A DNA stretch of 64,000 nt from Candidatus Poribacteria bacterium (GCA_965242965.1 OZ251518.1:2432001-2496000); one strand, 5' to 3'; numbered from the stretch's first letter, positions 11,788 through 21,506 are shown. Numbers and translations are program-made. Notes: generated by a model not told the origin, from the letters alone.

Positions 11788-14700
11788 ATGAACAACATAT
11801 CTTTGTCCGACATTTTTAGCGTTAACAGGCGTTTTCAGCGTTCGGTTCATCTGGAACGCGATTTCTATACCGAAAATGCCCTAGACGGTTACATCATAAC
11901 AAACACCGTTCGCGATACATTATCACGCGTCATTTACGCGCTTGAGCAGCGCGCAACATCAAAAGCGTGGTCTCTCACTGGCCCCTATGGTTCTGGGAAA
12001 TCCGCGTTCGCGCTTTTCACTACGAAGTTGCTCGGTGATTCTGCTGCACCGACAACCCAACAGGCTTCGCAACTGCTCAAACAAGCGGACGCAGCATTAT
12101 ACCAGCAATTCATTAAAGCAAAAGGAAAAGGTCGGTTGTCTCCCGGTTTCTGTCCTATCCTCATAACGGGAGAACGTGCCCCCATTACGCTTGCTCTCCT
12201 GCGCGGTTTGGAACAGGGACTTACTTCTTTCAATCGAACGCTGTTCTCCGATTTGCTTCTTCAGGATGTCAAAAACCTGCTGCAAACAGCAGACAAAGGC
12301 TCTCTTCCGCGCGCTTCTGAGATTACAGCCCTTTTTGAAACGGCGACACGGCAAATCTGTGCAGATGGAGGTTCAGGGATATTGCTGGTAATTGATGAAC
12401 TTGGGAAGTTCATTGAATATGCGGTGCAGCACCCGGATCGCGGAGACGCATTTGTCCTCCAAAGTCTCGCCGAATTTGCCTCGCGCAGCGGAAAAACCCC
12501 GCTGTTGCTATTGACAATTCTCCATCAGGCTTTTGAACAGTATGCACAGCGGGCCGCGAAATCCCAACGCGAAGAATGGGCAAAAGTGCAAGGACGGTTT
12601 GAGGATGCCATCTTTGCGGATTCCACCGAGCAGGTCCTCCGGCTCATCGGCGAAGCATTAACAACCCGTTCGGAACTCGTTCCAAAAACCAACTTCGCGA
12701 TTGCGGTTGACTTGGAACTCAAACCGCGGCAACTTGACGAGCACGAATTTATTCAACTGCTGGAAAGGTGTCTCCCCCTTCACCCGACAGTGGCACTCCT
12801 AATCGGTTCCCTTTTCCGGCGGTTTGCACAGAATGAACGTTCCTTATTCGCGTTCCTCGGTTCAAATGAACCCCACGGGCTCCAAGATTTTCTTTTGAAC
12901 CAATTTTACGATGGACGCGCGCTGCCGCTGTTTTCATTGGCGAATCTGTATGACTACATCAATACCGCGCTAGGAAATCGGCTGTATGAGTCGCGCGATA
13001 GCAAGAAATGGTCAGAAATTGAATCGGCAATTCAGCGTCTGCCAGATCCGTCTCCGATGACAGTCAGCCTGATTAAGACTATCGGTTTGCTCAATGCTGT
13101 GGGAGAGGTGAGCCGGAATCTGAAAGCCTCAGATCAGGTGCTCCGTTATGCGTTAGACGATGGCACGGCAGAATTCGCCGAGGAATTTACAGATGCGCTG
13201 GAGACGTTAGAAAAACGGTCTATTGTCACCTACCGCCGTTACAACGATGCGTATGCTCTCTGGGAAGGGAGCGACATTGACATTGAGACTAAACTCCGCG
13301 AAGCGTCAAAACATGTCAATCCGAATCTGCGAGTGGCAAAAGACCTGGAGAGACTTCTTCCCCAGCGGCCGCTTATCGCCAAACGGCACCTATTTCAGAC
13401 TGGCACCACGCGCTACTTCAACGTTCAGTATTCAGAACTTGAAACCTTTGAGGCGGATTTGCGCGCACCACTCGATGATGCAGATGGCCTTGTCCTCTAC
13501 GCATTGCCCGAAGATGAACTTGAAGTGGCGCAGCTCGTCGAAAAGGCATCCGCGGCGGAAGCCGCAAACCGAAAAGAGGTCTTGGTTGCCATTCCGCGCT
13601 CCATCGGTTTTTTGCGGGATGCTGTCCTTGAGTTGGCCCACCTGCGCTGGATCGCAGAAAACACCCCAAAGTTGAAAGGCGATGCAACCGCAAGACATGA
13701 ACTCTTATCGCGGTTAACCGTAGCGGAACATGATGTGGCTTCGCGCTTGGAGGCAATCTTTGGCGAGCACAGCGAGAAGACTTGCATCTGGTACCACAAG
13801 GGACGACCGGTGCAGATTGACTCGCAACGCGCGAGAAACGCCTATCTGTCAACTATCTGCGATGAGGTTTACGACGAAACTCCTATCCTGCAGAACGAAC
13901 TGATCAATCGGCATAAAATATCTGGTTCAGTGACAACCGCCAGACGAAAACTGATTCAGGCGATGCTTGAAAATGGAGGCGAGGAGAAACTCGGCATCAC
14001 CCGCTATCCACCAGAAATAACGATTTACGTTTCCATGTTGTCAACTACAAGTATTCACCGTCCAGTTTCGGGAGTGTGGGGATTTCACCCACCTGAACCT
14101 TCCGATAAAAACAGAATGGGCCCCACGTGGAAAGCGATTGAAACGTTCCTTGGCGAATGTGAAGTCGCGCGACAACCTGTCGTGAAACTCTACGAACGCT
14201 TGTCCGCACCACCACTAGGCGTGCGAAGCGGGCCGCTACCTATTCTGTTATGCGCCGCGATGCTCCACTACAAAACAGAAATCGCGCTCTACGAAGACGG
14301 TTCCTTTGTCGCCGACGTTTCAATGCCGGTTTTTGAACGCCTGATTAAGGCACCGGAGAAATTTGAATTAAAGCGGTTTCGGTTGGCAGGAGTCAGGACA
14401 GACGTGCTTTCGCAATTGGGGGGAGTGCTCAAACAACCAGCAGCGGCAGACACGCCAGACCTGCTAACGATAGTGACACCCCTTATGCGTTTCATTGCTG
14501 AACTCCCAAAGTATACGTTGTTAACGCAAACGTTGAGTGAGGAAGCGAAAAATCTCCGCAAAACCGTACTGGATGCACGCGAACCCGACATGCTCATCTT
14601 TGAGCAGCTCCCCGAAGCCATGGGGTGCCCTCCTTTTCGCATTGACGCAACATCCGATGCAAACGCCATTGATACCTTCTTCAAAAAGCTGCAAGACGCA

Positions 14701-15282
14701 TTGGCAGAAATAGGCGGGGCTTACGATATCCTGCTGAACTCCATTGAGCAACTCCTCGTCTCGGCGTTTGCTTTAAAACAGACGAACGAGGAACTTCGCA
14801 GGGAGTTGGCTGACAGAGCTGAATCCCTGTTGGCAGTAACGGTTGAGACGCGGCTCAAGGGATTCTTAATTCGCGCCTGCGACCTCGGTTTGGATTTCAC
14901 CGGCTGGCTTGAGGCGATCGCCACCTTCCTCGCCAACAAACCGCCGAGTTCGTGGAACGACACGGACAAGGCTCAATTTGAGGTGAACCTCTCCGAATTG
15001 GCGCGGAAGTTCCATCATTTTGAAGCGGTGTCTTACGAAAATCGCTCCCACGTCGAACAACCGTCGGCCGGTGAGTCCATTCGGATTGGCATCACCAGAG
15101 CGAATCAACGCGAGCAAGAACGGGTTGTCGCTTTGCCATCACCAACCGAGGAACAGGCTGCCAAACTTGAGCACGCGATTGAGGAGGTTTTTGAGAAATT
15201 CGGGATCGCTGAAAACACCGAACATTGCCTCGCTGTCATCGCGCGATTATCAGAAAAATTGATGCAACAACTAGAAAATTGA
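11788..15282 (+). CDS. Large P-loop ATPase, SspC-like (phosphorothioation-associated)
   Basis: RRFQRSVHLERD, AWSLTGPYGSGKS Walker A, LLVIDELGKFIE Walker B, EWAKVQGRF, YPLHP-like LPLHP, QNERSLF; next to a PAPS reductase. Confidence 0.8.
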   Translation: MNNISLSDIFSVNRRFQRSVHLERDFYTENALDGYIITNTVRDTLSRVIYALEQRATSKAWSLTGPYGSGKSAFALFTTKLLGDSAAPTTQQASQLLKQADAALYQQFIKAKGKGRLSPGFCPILITGERAPITLALLRGLEQGLTSFNRTLFSDLLLQDVKNLLQTADKGSLPRASEITALFETATRQICADGGSGILLVIDELGKFIEYAVQHPDRGDAFVLQSLAEFASRSGKTPLLLLTILHQAFEQYAQRAAKSQREEWAKVQGRFEDAIFADSTEQVLRLIGEALTTRSELVPKTNFAIAVDLELKPRQLDEHEFIQLLERCLPLHPTVALLIGSLFRRFAQNERSLFAFLGSNEPHGLQDFLLNQFYDGRALPLFSLANLYDYINTALGNRLYESRDSKKWSEIESAIQRLPDPSPMTVSLIKTIGLLNAVGEVSRNLKASDQVLRYALDDGTAEFAEEFTDALETLEKRSIVTYRRYNDAYALWEGSDIDIETKLREASKHVNPNLRVAKDLERLLPQRPLIAKRHLFQTGTTRYFNVQYSELETFEADLRAPLDDADGLVLYALPEDELEVAQLVEKASAAEAANRKEVLVAIPRSIGFLRDAVLELAHLRWIAENTPKLKGDATARHELLSRLTVAEHDVASRLEAIFGEHSEKTCIWYHKGRPVQIDSQRARNAYLSTICDEVYDETPILQNELINRHKISGSVTTARRKLIQAMLENGGEEKLGITRYPPEITIYVSMLSTTSIHRPVSGVWGFHPPEPSDKNRMGPTWKAIETFLGECEVARQPVVKLYERLSAPPLGVRSGPLPILLCAAMLHYKTEIALYEDGSFVADVSMPVFERLIKAPEKFELKRFRLAGVRTDVLSQLGGVLKQPAAADTPDLLTIVTPLMRFIAELPKYTLLTQTLSEEAKNLRKTVLDAREPDMLIFEQLPEAMGCPPFRIDATSDANAIDTFFKKLQDALAEIGGAYDILLNSIEQLLVSAFALKQTNEELRRELADRAESLLAVTVETRLKGFLIRACDLGLDFTGWLEAIATFLANKPPSSWNDTDKAQFEVNLSELARKFHHFEAVSYENRSHVEQPSAGESIRIGITRANQREQERVVALPSPTEEQAAKLEHAIEEVFEKFGIAENTEHCLAVIARLSEKLMQQLEN

Positions 15283-15464
15283 CATGACTAGATCGTAGGA
15301 AGGGAGTTCGTGTGGTTAATCTGGCAAGGGGTTTCCTTGTCGCAGATAGGAAACCTCTTCCGGTCCGTAAGTCCTAAAGAGATGTTTTCCCACAATGCGC
15401 CGTTTCCGATGCTTTCTGAAATGTTGCAAAAACCGTGGAATCTGACATCACAACAAATTTTAAT

Positions 15465-15493
15465 TTGACATTTTGCTGAAAATGTAGTATAAT
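15465..15493 (+). promoter_or_regulatory. Consensus sigma70 promoter upstream of the sspD-like/HNH/CBASS gene run
   Basis: TTGACA-17bp-TATAAT. Confidence 0.75.
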
Positions 15494-15779
15494 TAAAATA
15501 GCAATAAAATCTATAGCAAACGTTTTTTGTTTGCAAATTTTGGATTTTTATGGTATACTATACGAAACGTTGTTAATTGCGTTGGTTCGTGAACGGCTGC
15601 AGCATTGAGGCAGCACTCGGATTCATCGCAGCGAATGAAGTCGCGCGGCGGTTTTGAGAAATTACGCACAATTTTCATTCGCGTTAAAACACGTAGTTCA
15701 AAGGTGGAGGCAGTCAATTTGCAGATTCGGCACTGCAACTCCGTAAAGCCTATTTTATAGTAGCCAACAGGAGCAAAGC

Positions 15780-16598
15780 ATGGAAGAAAAAATACGCCAT
15801 CTCCTCGGCCTCTCCGGAGGCAAAGACAGTTCAGCGCTCGCCGTTTATATGCGAGACCGCGTGCCGCAGATGGAATACTTTTTCTGCGACACCGGGAAGG
15901 AACTGCCAGAGACTTACGAGTTTCTGGATCGGTTAGAGGCATTCCTCGGCAAACCGATCGCGCGCCTCAATGTAGAACGTGACTTCGATCATTGGCTCAC
16001 GCTCTACGGCGGCCTGCTGCCATCGTCGCAAGTTCGGTGGTGCACCTATAACCTCAAGATTAAGCCGTTTGAGGAATACGTAGGCGAGGACAAAGCGTAT
16101 CACTACATCGCGATTCGCGCCGACGAAGATCGCGTTGGCTATAAACCGCCGAAAACAACCGCGCTCCGAAGCATCGAACCCAAGTATCCTTTCAAGGATG
16201 ATGGCATCACCAAAGAGGATGTCTTCCGCATCTTGGAGGAAAACGGGATCGGTTTACCCGCCTATTACGATTGGCGGACGCGCTCCGGGTGCTACTTCTG
16301 CTTTTTCCAACGCAAAGCAGAATGGGTGGGGCTATTGGAAAAGCATCCTGACCTTTTTGAACTCGCCAAGGGTTATGAAAAATTCGACCCGGATACGGGC
16401 GAACGGTTCACATGGAGTCAGGGTGAAAGTTTAGAGGAACTCTCGGAACCTGAACGGATAGAGCAGATTAAGGCACGCGCGGAGAAGGCTACTGCCGCTA
16501 AGAAAACGGCGCGTCCCAATCGCCGCCTCATCGATATCCTCACCGATGTCCATGATGATGAGGATGACGATGAGCCTTGTCTGATTTGTCATAAGTGA
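15780..16598 (+). CDS. PAPS-reductase family protein, SspD-like phosphorothioation enzyme
   Basis: LSGGKDS PP-loop, DTGKELPETY, RWCT, RSGCYFCFFQ, C-terminal acidic run plus PCLICHK. Confidence 0.85.
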   Translation: MEEKIRHLLGLSGGKDSSALAVYMRDRVPQMEYFFCDTGKELPETYEFLDRLEAFLGKPIARLNVERDFDHWLTLYGGLLPSSQVRWCTYNLKIKPFEEYVGEDKAYHYIAIRADEDRVGYKPPKTTALRSIEPKYPFKDDGITKEDVFRILEENGIGLPAYYDWRTRSGCYFCFFQRKAEWVGLLEKHPDLFELAKGYEKFDPDTGERFTWSQGESLEELSEPERIEQIKARAEKATAAKKTARPNRRLIDILTDVHDDEDDDEPCLICHK

Positions 16599-16614
16599 GA
16601 CTTAGAGGTTCCTA

Positions 16615-17499
16615 ATGGATCGGGAAACACTTCTCGAAAAATTCACAAATCTCCGGCAATGGAACAGGGGTGCGGAGAGAGCACCGCATAAACCCTTGCT
16701 AATCATATACGCCATCGGCAAATTGCTGCGAGGTGAGGGCCGACTGACTCCATTTGCCGAAGCAGACGTGGACGTTGGAAAATTATTGCGGGAGTTCGGC
16801 GGGCGACAATCAAAACAGGGAACCCAGTATCCTTTTTGGCGGTTGCGCAACGATAGCATCTGGGAAGTAACCGATGCAGCCCTGATGTCCCCCAACTCCA
16901 GTGGGGACGTGAGAAAAAGCGAACTCCTCAATCTTAACGTTGCTGGTGGTTTTCACGAAGCCATTGCTGAACAACTCCAAAATGACACAAGTCTAGCTTT
17001 TGAAATAATTCATAAGCTGTTAGACATGCATTTTTGTGATGGAATGCATAGTGACATTTTGCAAGCCGCTGGCATTGAACTGCCCATCAAGGTTTTTGAA
17101 ACCAAGATGCGAACATCCAACTTCCGAGAAAAAGTCCTGAGAGCCTACGAATACAGATGTGCTGTCTGCGGTTTCGATGTGAAATTAGGAATACTTCCTC
17201 TCGCGTTGGAGGCCGCTCATATCAAATGGCAAGCGTTCGGCGGTCCTAATGAAGAGGTGAATGGACTGGCTCTTTGCGTCCTGCATCATAAGTTATTTGA
17301 CCGTGGGGCTTACACTTTGTCGCCCCAATGGGAAGTCCTGATATCAGATGATGCACACGGGTCTGTTGGTTTTGAGGAATGGCTGATGCGGTTCCACGGT
17401 AAACCAATTAACTTTCCGCAACGGCAGTCCTACTATCCGGGTGCAGATTTCATCAGTTGGCACGTCAACGAGGTGTTCCAAGGGGATTACCGGGAATAA
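16615..17499 (+). CDS. SBD-HNH phosphorothioate-dependent restriction endonuclease
   Basis: N-terminal APHKPLL and YPFWRL sulfur-binding-domain signatures; C-terminal CAVCG...AAHIK...NGLALCVLHHKLFD HNH. Confidence 0.85.
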   Translation: MDRETLLEKFTNLRQWNRGAERAPHKPLLIIYAIGKLLRGEGRLTPFAEADVDVGKLLREFGGRQSKQGTQYPFWRLRNDSIWEVTDAALMSPNSSGDVRKSELLNLNVAGGFHEAIAEQLQNDTSLAFEIIHKLLDMHFCDGMHSDILQAAGIELPIKVFETKMRTSNFREKVLRAYEYRCAVCGFDVKLGILPLALEAAHIKWQAFGGPNEEVNGLALCVLHHKLFDRGAYTLSPQWEVLISDDAHGSVGFEEWLMRFHGKPINFPQRQSYYPGADFISWHVNEVFQGDYRE

Positions 17500-17549
17500 T
17501 CCACTGAGCACACTTCATCCACAGTCAAAGTGTGTTAAGGATAAAAATC

Positions 17550-18521
17550 ATGGCAAATGTTCAGACTTACTTCAACAAGTTTCATGATACCATCAGAAGA
17601 AGCTATAACGACAATAGCATTCTGAGGGATAAGAGGGATCTGCTTTTACGGGATCTACAAGAAGGGCTGCGGAGGTACGCCTTGGCCTCTGGCATCAAAA
17701 TCCCGAGATACGAGCACTTCAATCAGGGCAGTTACGCGATGGATACCGGGATTGAACCGCTCTCCGGCGAGGATTATGATATTGATGTCGGCTTGACTTT
17801 TCATATATCAGCGTCGACCTATTCCCCCGTTGAGGTCAAGCAGTGGGTTTACGAAGCCTTGAACTCCGGGAACAGAACGGTGGAGTACAAACGTCCTTGC
17901 GTGAGGGTCCAATATCATCGGAAAGGGGAGGAAATCTACCACGTTGATTTTGCTGTCTATTCCGGAAAGGCCTATAATTGGGACAATCAGACCTATCTAG
18001 CAAAAGGCTTTTTGGGATCTGCCCCCGAAAACCAGGTCTGGGAAATTTCAGAACCGCATGGACTACTGGAAGCATTTCAGCAGAAATTTCCGAACGAAGG
18101 AGATCGAAATCAGTTTCGGCGAGTTATCCGATTCCTGAAGCGGTGGAAAGACGTGAATTTCACTGCGGAAGGAAACGCGCGTCCCACCGGGATTGCGCTG
18201 ACAGCGTGCGCCATGAATTGGTTTCAGCGTGGACTGGTTTATCGGGCTGCTGTTGGCACCAATTATGATGACTTAACAGCACTCAGGAACCTTGCTGAGT
18301 CAATCCTAAGTCAGTTTGATTTTGGGAATCGGATAAGTGTCAGACTACCTGTTCCACCACACAATGATCTGTTTGAGAAATTGAGCAACAAACAGATGGC
18401 AAACCTTGAAAGCAAACTTGCGGTACTCGTGACTTCCTTAACTCGGGCGCAAGAAGAATCTTCCTATGTTTCAGCATGCCGCATTCTACATCGCCTTTTC
18501 GGAGATGACTTTCTACCGTGA
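17550..18521 (+). CDS. CBASS CD-NTase (cGAS/DncV-like nucleotidyltransferase) 1
   Basis: NQGSYAMDTG...DYDIDVG, YHVDFAVY, RRVIRFLKRWKD. Confidence 0.9.
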   Translation: MANVQTYFNKFHDTIRRSYNDNSILRDKRDLLLRDLQEGLRRYALASGIKIPRYEHFNQGSYAMDTGIEPLSGEDYDIDVGLTFHISASTYSPVEVKQWVYEALNSGNRTVEYKRPCVRVQYHRKGEEIYHVDFAVYSGKAYNWDNQTYLAKGFLGSAPENQVWEISEPHGLLEAFQQKFPNEGDRNQFRRVIRFLKRWKDVNFTAEGNARPTGIALTACAMNWFQRGLVYRAAVGTNYDDLTALRNLAESILSQFDFGNRISVRLPVPPHNDLFEKLSNKQMANLESKLAVLVTSLTRAQEESSYVSACRILHRLFGDDFLP

Positions 18522-18605
18522 TAACCGGAACCAGCCGAATTTGGACAAGACTCGCGTAGTTTTTATAACGCTATGTTTTTCCATAACTAGAGAAGGTTAG
18601 TCAAA

Positions 18606-19553
18606 ATGGATGAGAAAATCAAAAGAATTCTGACAATTGATGGAGGAGGAATTAAAGGGGTATTCCCATCTTCCTTCCTTGCTACTGTTGAAGATTCAAT
18701 CAAAGACAACGTAGCAAACTATTTTGACTTAATCGTCGGTACCTCGACCGGTGGCATCATAGCTCTGGGCCTTGGGCTTGGATTATCAGCGCAGGAGATT
18801 TTGACGTTTTATGAAGAATCCGGACCTCGGATTTTTGGTGGGAATCGTCTTGGACGGTGGTTGAGAGGGCTTGGCATGTCAAAGTACAATAGCGACCCTC
18901 TTGAGGAAGCACTAAAGGAGTGCTTTGGGGAAAAGAAACTGGGCGATAGCAAAAAACGCCTAGTCATCCCATCAATGAACCTTGAAAATGGCGAGGTCTA
19001 CATCTACAAGACAGCCCATCATCCTCGATTGGAAAGAGATTTCAAGCAAAAGGTTGTTGATGTGGCCCTCGCAACCGCTGCCGCTCCAACTTATTTTCGC
19101 GCACATAGGTCGGATGGAGGAACCCCTCTAATTGATGGGGGTGTATGGGCGAATAACCCCGTGGGACTATCCGTAGTTGAAGCAATTGCGTTGCTTGACT
19201 GGCCAAGGGATTCTTTAAAAATCTTGAGTTTGGGTTGCACTCATGAACCATTAAACGTGAATTGGGGCAGAAAATTCTCACTAGGACGTTTATATTGGGC
19301 ACTAAAATTGTGCGACGTGTGTATGCATGCACAATCCCACGGATCCCTCGGAACAGCGCAACTTCTTGCGGGACATGATAACGTCATCAGGATTAACCCA
19401 TCCATGGCCAGCGGAAAGTTTGGTTTAGATAAAGCCAAGGAAATTTGCTCGCTCAAAGGTCTCGGAGTAGACCAAGCCCGAAAAGCGTTGCCTCAACTCC
19501 GCAAGGTTTTTATCAGCAATCCAGTAGAAGCATTTGAGGCTTTCCACAGATAA
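18606..19553 (+). CDS. CBASS patatin-like phospholipase effector (CapV-like)
   Basis: DGGGIKG, GTSTG, AAPTYF, DGGVWANNP; adjacent to CD-NTases. Confidence 0.9.
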   Translation: MDEKIKRILTIDGGGIKGVFPSSFLATVEDSIKDNVANYFDLIVGTSTGGIIALGLGLGLSAQEILTFYEESGPRIFGGNRLGRWLRGLGMSKYNSDPLEEALKECFGEKKLGDSKKRLVIPSMNLENGEVYIYKTAHHPRLERDFKQKVVDVALATAAAPTYFRAHRSDGGTPLIDGGVWANNPVGLSVVEAIALLDWPRDSLKILSLGCTHEPLNVNWGRKFSLGRLYWALKLCDVCMHAQSHGSLGTAQLLAGHDNVIRINPSMASGKFGLDKAKEICSLKGLGVDQARKALPQLRKVFISNPVEAFEAFHR

Positions 19554-19569
19554 ACGAAGGTGAAAAAAT

Positions 19570-20640
19570 ATGTTTACTTACTCAAACCAATTCAGTAGGT
19601 CTCTCGATCAGGTCATATCCCAATCGTTGGACATATCTGATGAGCACCACCAACTGGCGGTAGAACGCTATAAATCCATAGGTAACTGGCTAGAACGGAG
19701 AGGGTCTAGAGTCGCTCACTACCGTCCCGAAATCTATCCACAAGGCTCTTTTCTGCTGGGTACAGTTACGCGCCCTGTTTCCAACGCCGAAGAGTACGAT
19801 ATCGACCTCGTGAGCGAACTGAATCTTGAAAAATTCCGAATCAGCCAAGAAGGACTCAAGAACTTAGTCGGGGACGAAATCACGGCCTATGCCCGCACTC
19901 ACTATCTGGATCTGCCAAAGAATGGAAGGCGTTGCTGGACGCTGAATTATCCAGGCAATGCCCGATTCCACATGGACATCTTACCAGCGATTCCAGATGG
20001 AGAATCGTTCAAACAGACTCTCCTGTCAAACGCAGGATCGTTCCCGAATTTCTCTATTGCAATTGGCTTGTCAAGTTTTGCAATTGCAATTACTGACAGA
20101 GATCATTGCAATTACAATAGGATTGATCGGAATTGGCCTCGCAGTAATCCGAAGGGGTATGCAGCATGGTTCATGAACAGGGGACTCAACCGAGACCTGA
20201 CTGATACTCGGGCTGTTGAGGATGTCCCGGATCACAGCGTCAAAACACCCCTCCAGCGGACAGTTCAGATACTGAAGCGTCACCGCGACATCTGGTTTGA
20301 CAAGATGGTGAGGCAGCGCCGCTACAGACGAGACGATAAACCAATCTCTATCATCATTACGACGCTTGCGGCTCACGCCTACGAAGGCGAAAAAGACCTG
20401 CAAGAATCCCTCCAGAATATTGTAAGGAAGATGCCGAGCTCTATTGAGTGGCGATACGGTGGAGTCGCCTACGTACGCAATCCGGTGGATCCGTTGGAGA
20501 ACTTCGCTGACAAATGGCAGGAGCATCCTAGCCGAAAGGTTTGCTTCATGGACTGGCTTCAGCAGGTATCCGGGAAAATGAACGATTACCTGGCAAGGCG
20601 CGATATTTCGGCAATGAAGGCGTTACTACGGTTGCGCTAA
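19570..20640 (+). CDS. CBASS CD-NTase 2 (different subfamily from CD-NTase 1)
   Basis: IYPQGSFLLGT...EYDIDLV, FHMDILPA, SNPKGYAAWF, LKRHRD, ENFADKW. Confidence 0.88.
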   Translation: MFTYSNQFSRSLDQVISQSLDISDEHHQLAVERYKSIGNWLERRGSRVAHYRPEIYPQGSFLLGTVTRPVSNAEEYDIDLVSELNLEKFRISQEGLKNLVGDEITAYARTHYLDLPKNGRRCWTLNYPGNARFHMDILPAIPDGESFKQTLLSNAGSFPNFSIAIGLSSFAIAITDRDHCNYNRIDRNWPRSNPKGYAAWFMNRGLNRDLTDTRAVEDVPDHSVKTPLQRTVQILKRHRDIWFDKMVRQRRYRRDDKPISIIITTLAAHAYEGEKDLQESLQNIVRKMPSSIEWRYGGVAYVRNPVDPLENFADKWQEHPSRKVCFMDWLQQVSGKMNDYLARRDISAMKALLRLR

Positions 20641-20716
20641 GACAAAGGAGAGGTTGGAGAGGTGAGTAAGATAGAATCTCTTCGGGTCCTATGCACGTTA
20701 CCGAAGTGAAGCCCCC

Positions 20717-21502
20717 TCACTCCCCCAAAAGCCGCAACTTATTTTCATAAACCTGCCGATAATAATCCGCACGCTTCAGTTCCGATGCCGCCGCCTCGTC
20801 TAGCACGACGACGGTGCGGGGATGCATCTGCAATACGGAAGCTGGCACCTCTGCCGTAATCGGCCCCTCCACTGCCGCCGCAATCGCTGCCGCTTTCGAT
20901 GCGCCGTTCGCTAACAGCAGGCACTCCCGCGCCTCCATGATAGTGCCGACACCCATCGTAATCGCCAGCGTCGGCACTGCATCGATATCCCCCCCGAAAT
21001 GTGGCGCGTTCGCCGCTAAGGTGCTTCGCGTCAACGTCTTAATCCGAGTGCGAGAACCGAGTGAGGAACTGGGCTCGTTGAACCCAATATGTCCCTCTCT
21101 GCCGATGCCGAGGATCTGGATATCGATGCCGCCGGCGCGCGCAATCGCGGCTTCATAACGTTCACAAAACGCCCCGTGGTCTTCCGCAGTATTCTGCGGG
21201 AGATAGCGGTTCTCCTCCGGGATGTTGACATGCCGGAAAAAATGCGCCTCCATGAAGGTATGATAACTGGCCGGATGCGTCTTCGGTATGCCGACATACT
21301 CGTCGAGGTTAAAGGTTGTCACGGCAGAGAAATCGAGTCCCTCTTCGGTGTGCATTCGGACGAGTTCCTCGTAAAGTCCGATGGGCGTGCTACCGGTGGC
21401 GAGTCCCATGACGAGTTCGGGTTTTTTGAGGAGCGCGCGCTTCACGATATCGGCGGCGATGGCGACGAGGTGTGGATACGTCGGTTGAATGATAATTTCC
21501 AT
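20717..21502 (-). CDS. nagB: Glucosamine-6-phosphate deaminase
   Basis: MGLATGSTP, FNLDEYVG, GIGREGHIGFNEP, TMGVGTI, PASVLQMH. Confidence 0.95.
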   Translation of the reverse strand: MEIIIQPTYPHLVAIAADIVKRALLKKPELVMGLATGSTPIGLYEELVRMHTEEGLDFSAVTTFNLDEYVGIPKTHPASYHTFMEAHFFRHVNIPEENRYLPQNTAEDHGAFCERYEAAIARAGGIDIQILGIGREGHIGFNEPSSSLGSRTRIKTLTRSTLAANAPHFGGDIDAVPTLAITMGVGTIMEARECLLLANGASKAAAIAAAVEGPITAEVPASVLQMHPRTVVVLDEAAASELKRADYYRQVYENKLRLLGE

Positions 21503-21506
21503 GAGA

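Noticed and set aside
8792-16598. Calling the island canonical Dnd or BREX
   Set aside because: There is no DndD/DndE, PglZ or BrxL; the ATPase and short PAPS reductase fit SspC/SspD-like proteins better. Gene symbols are withheld without a database check.
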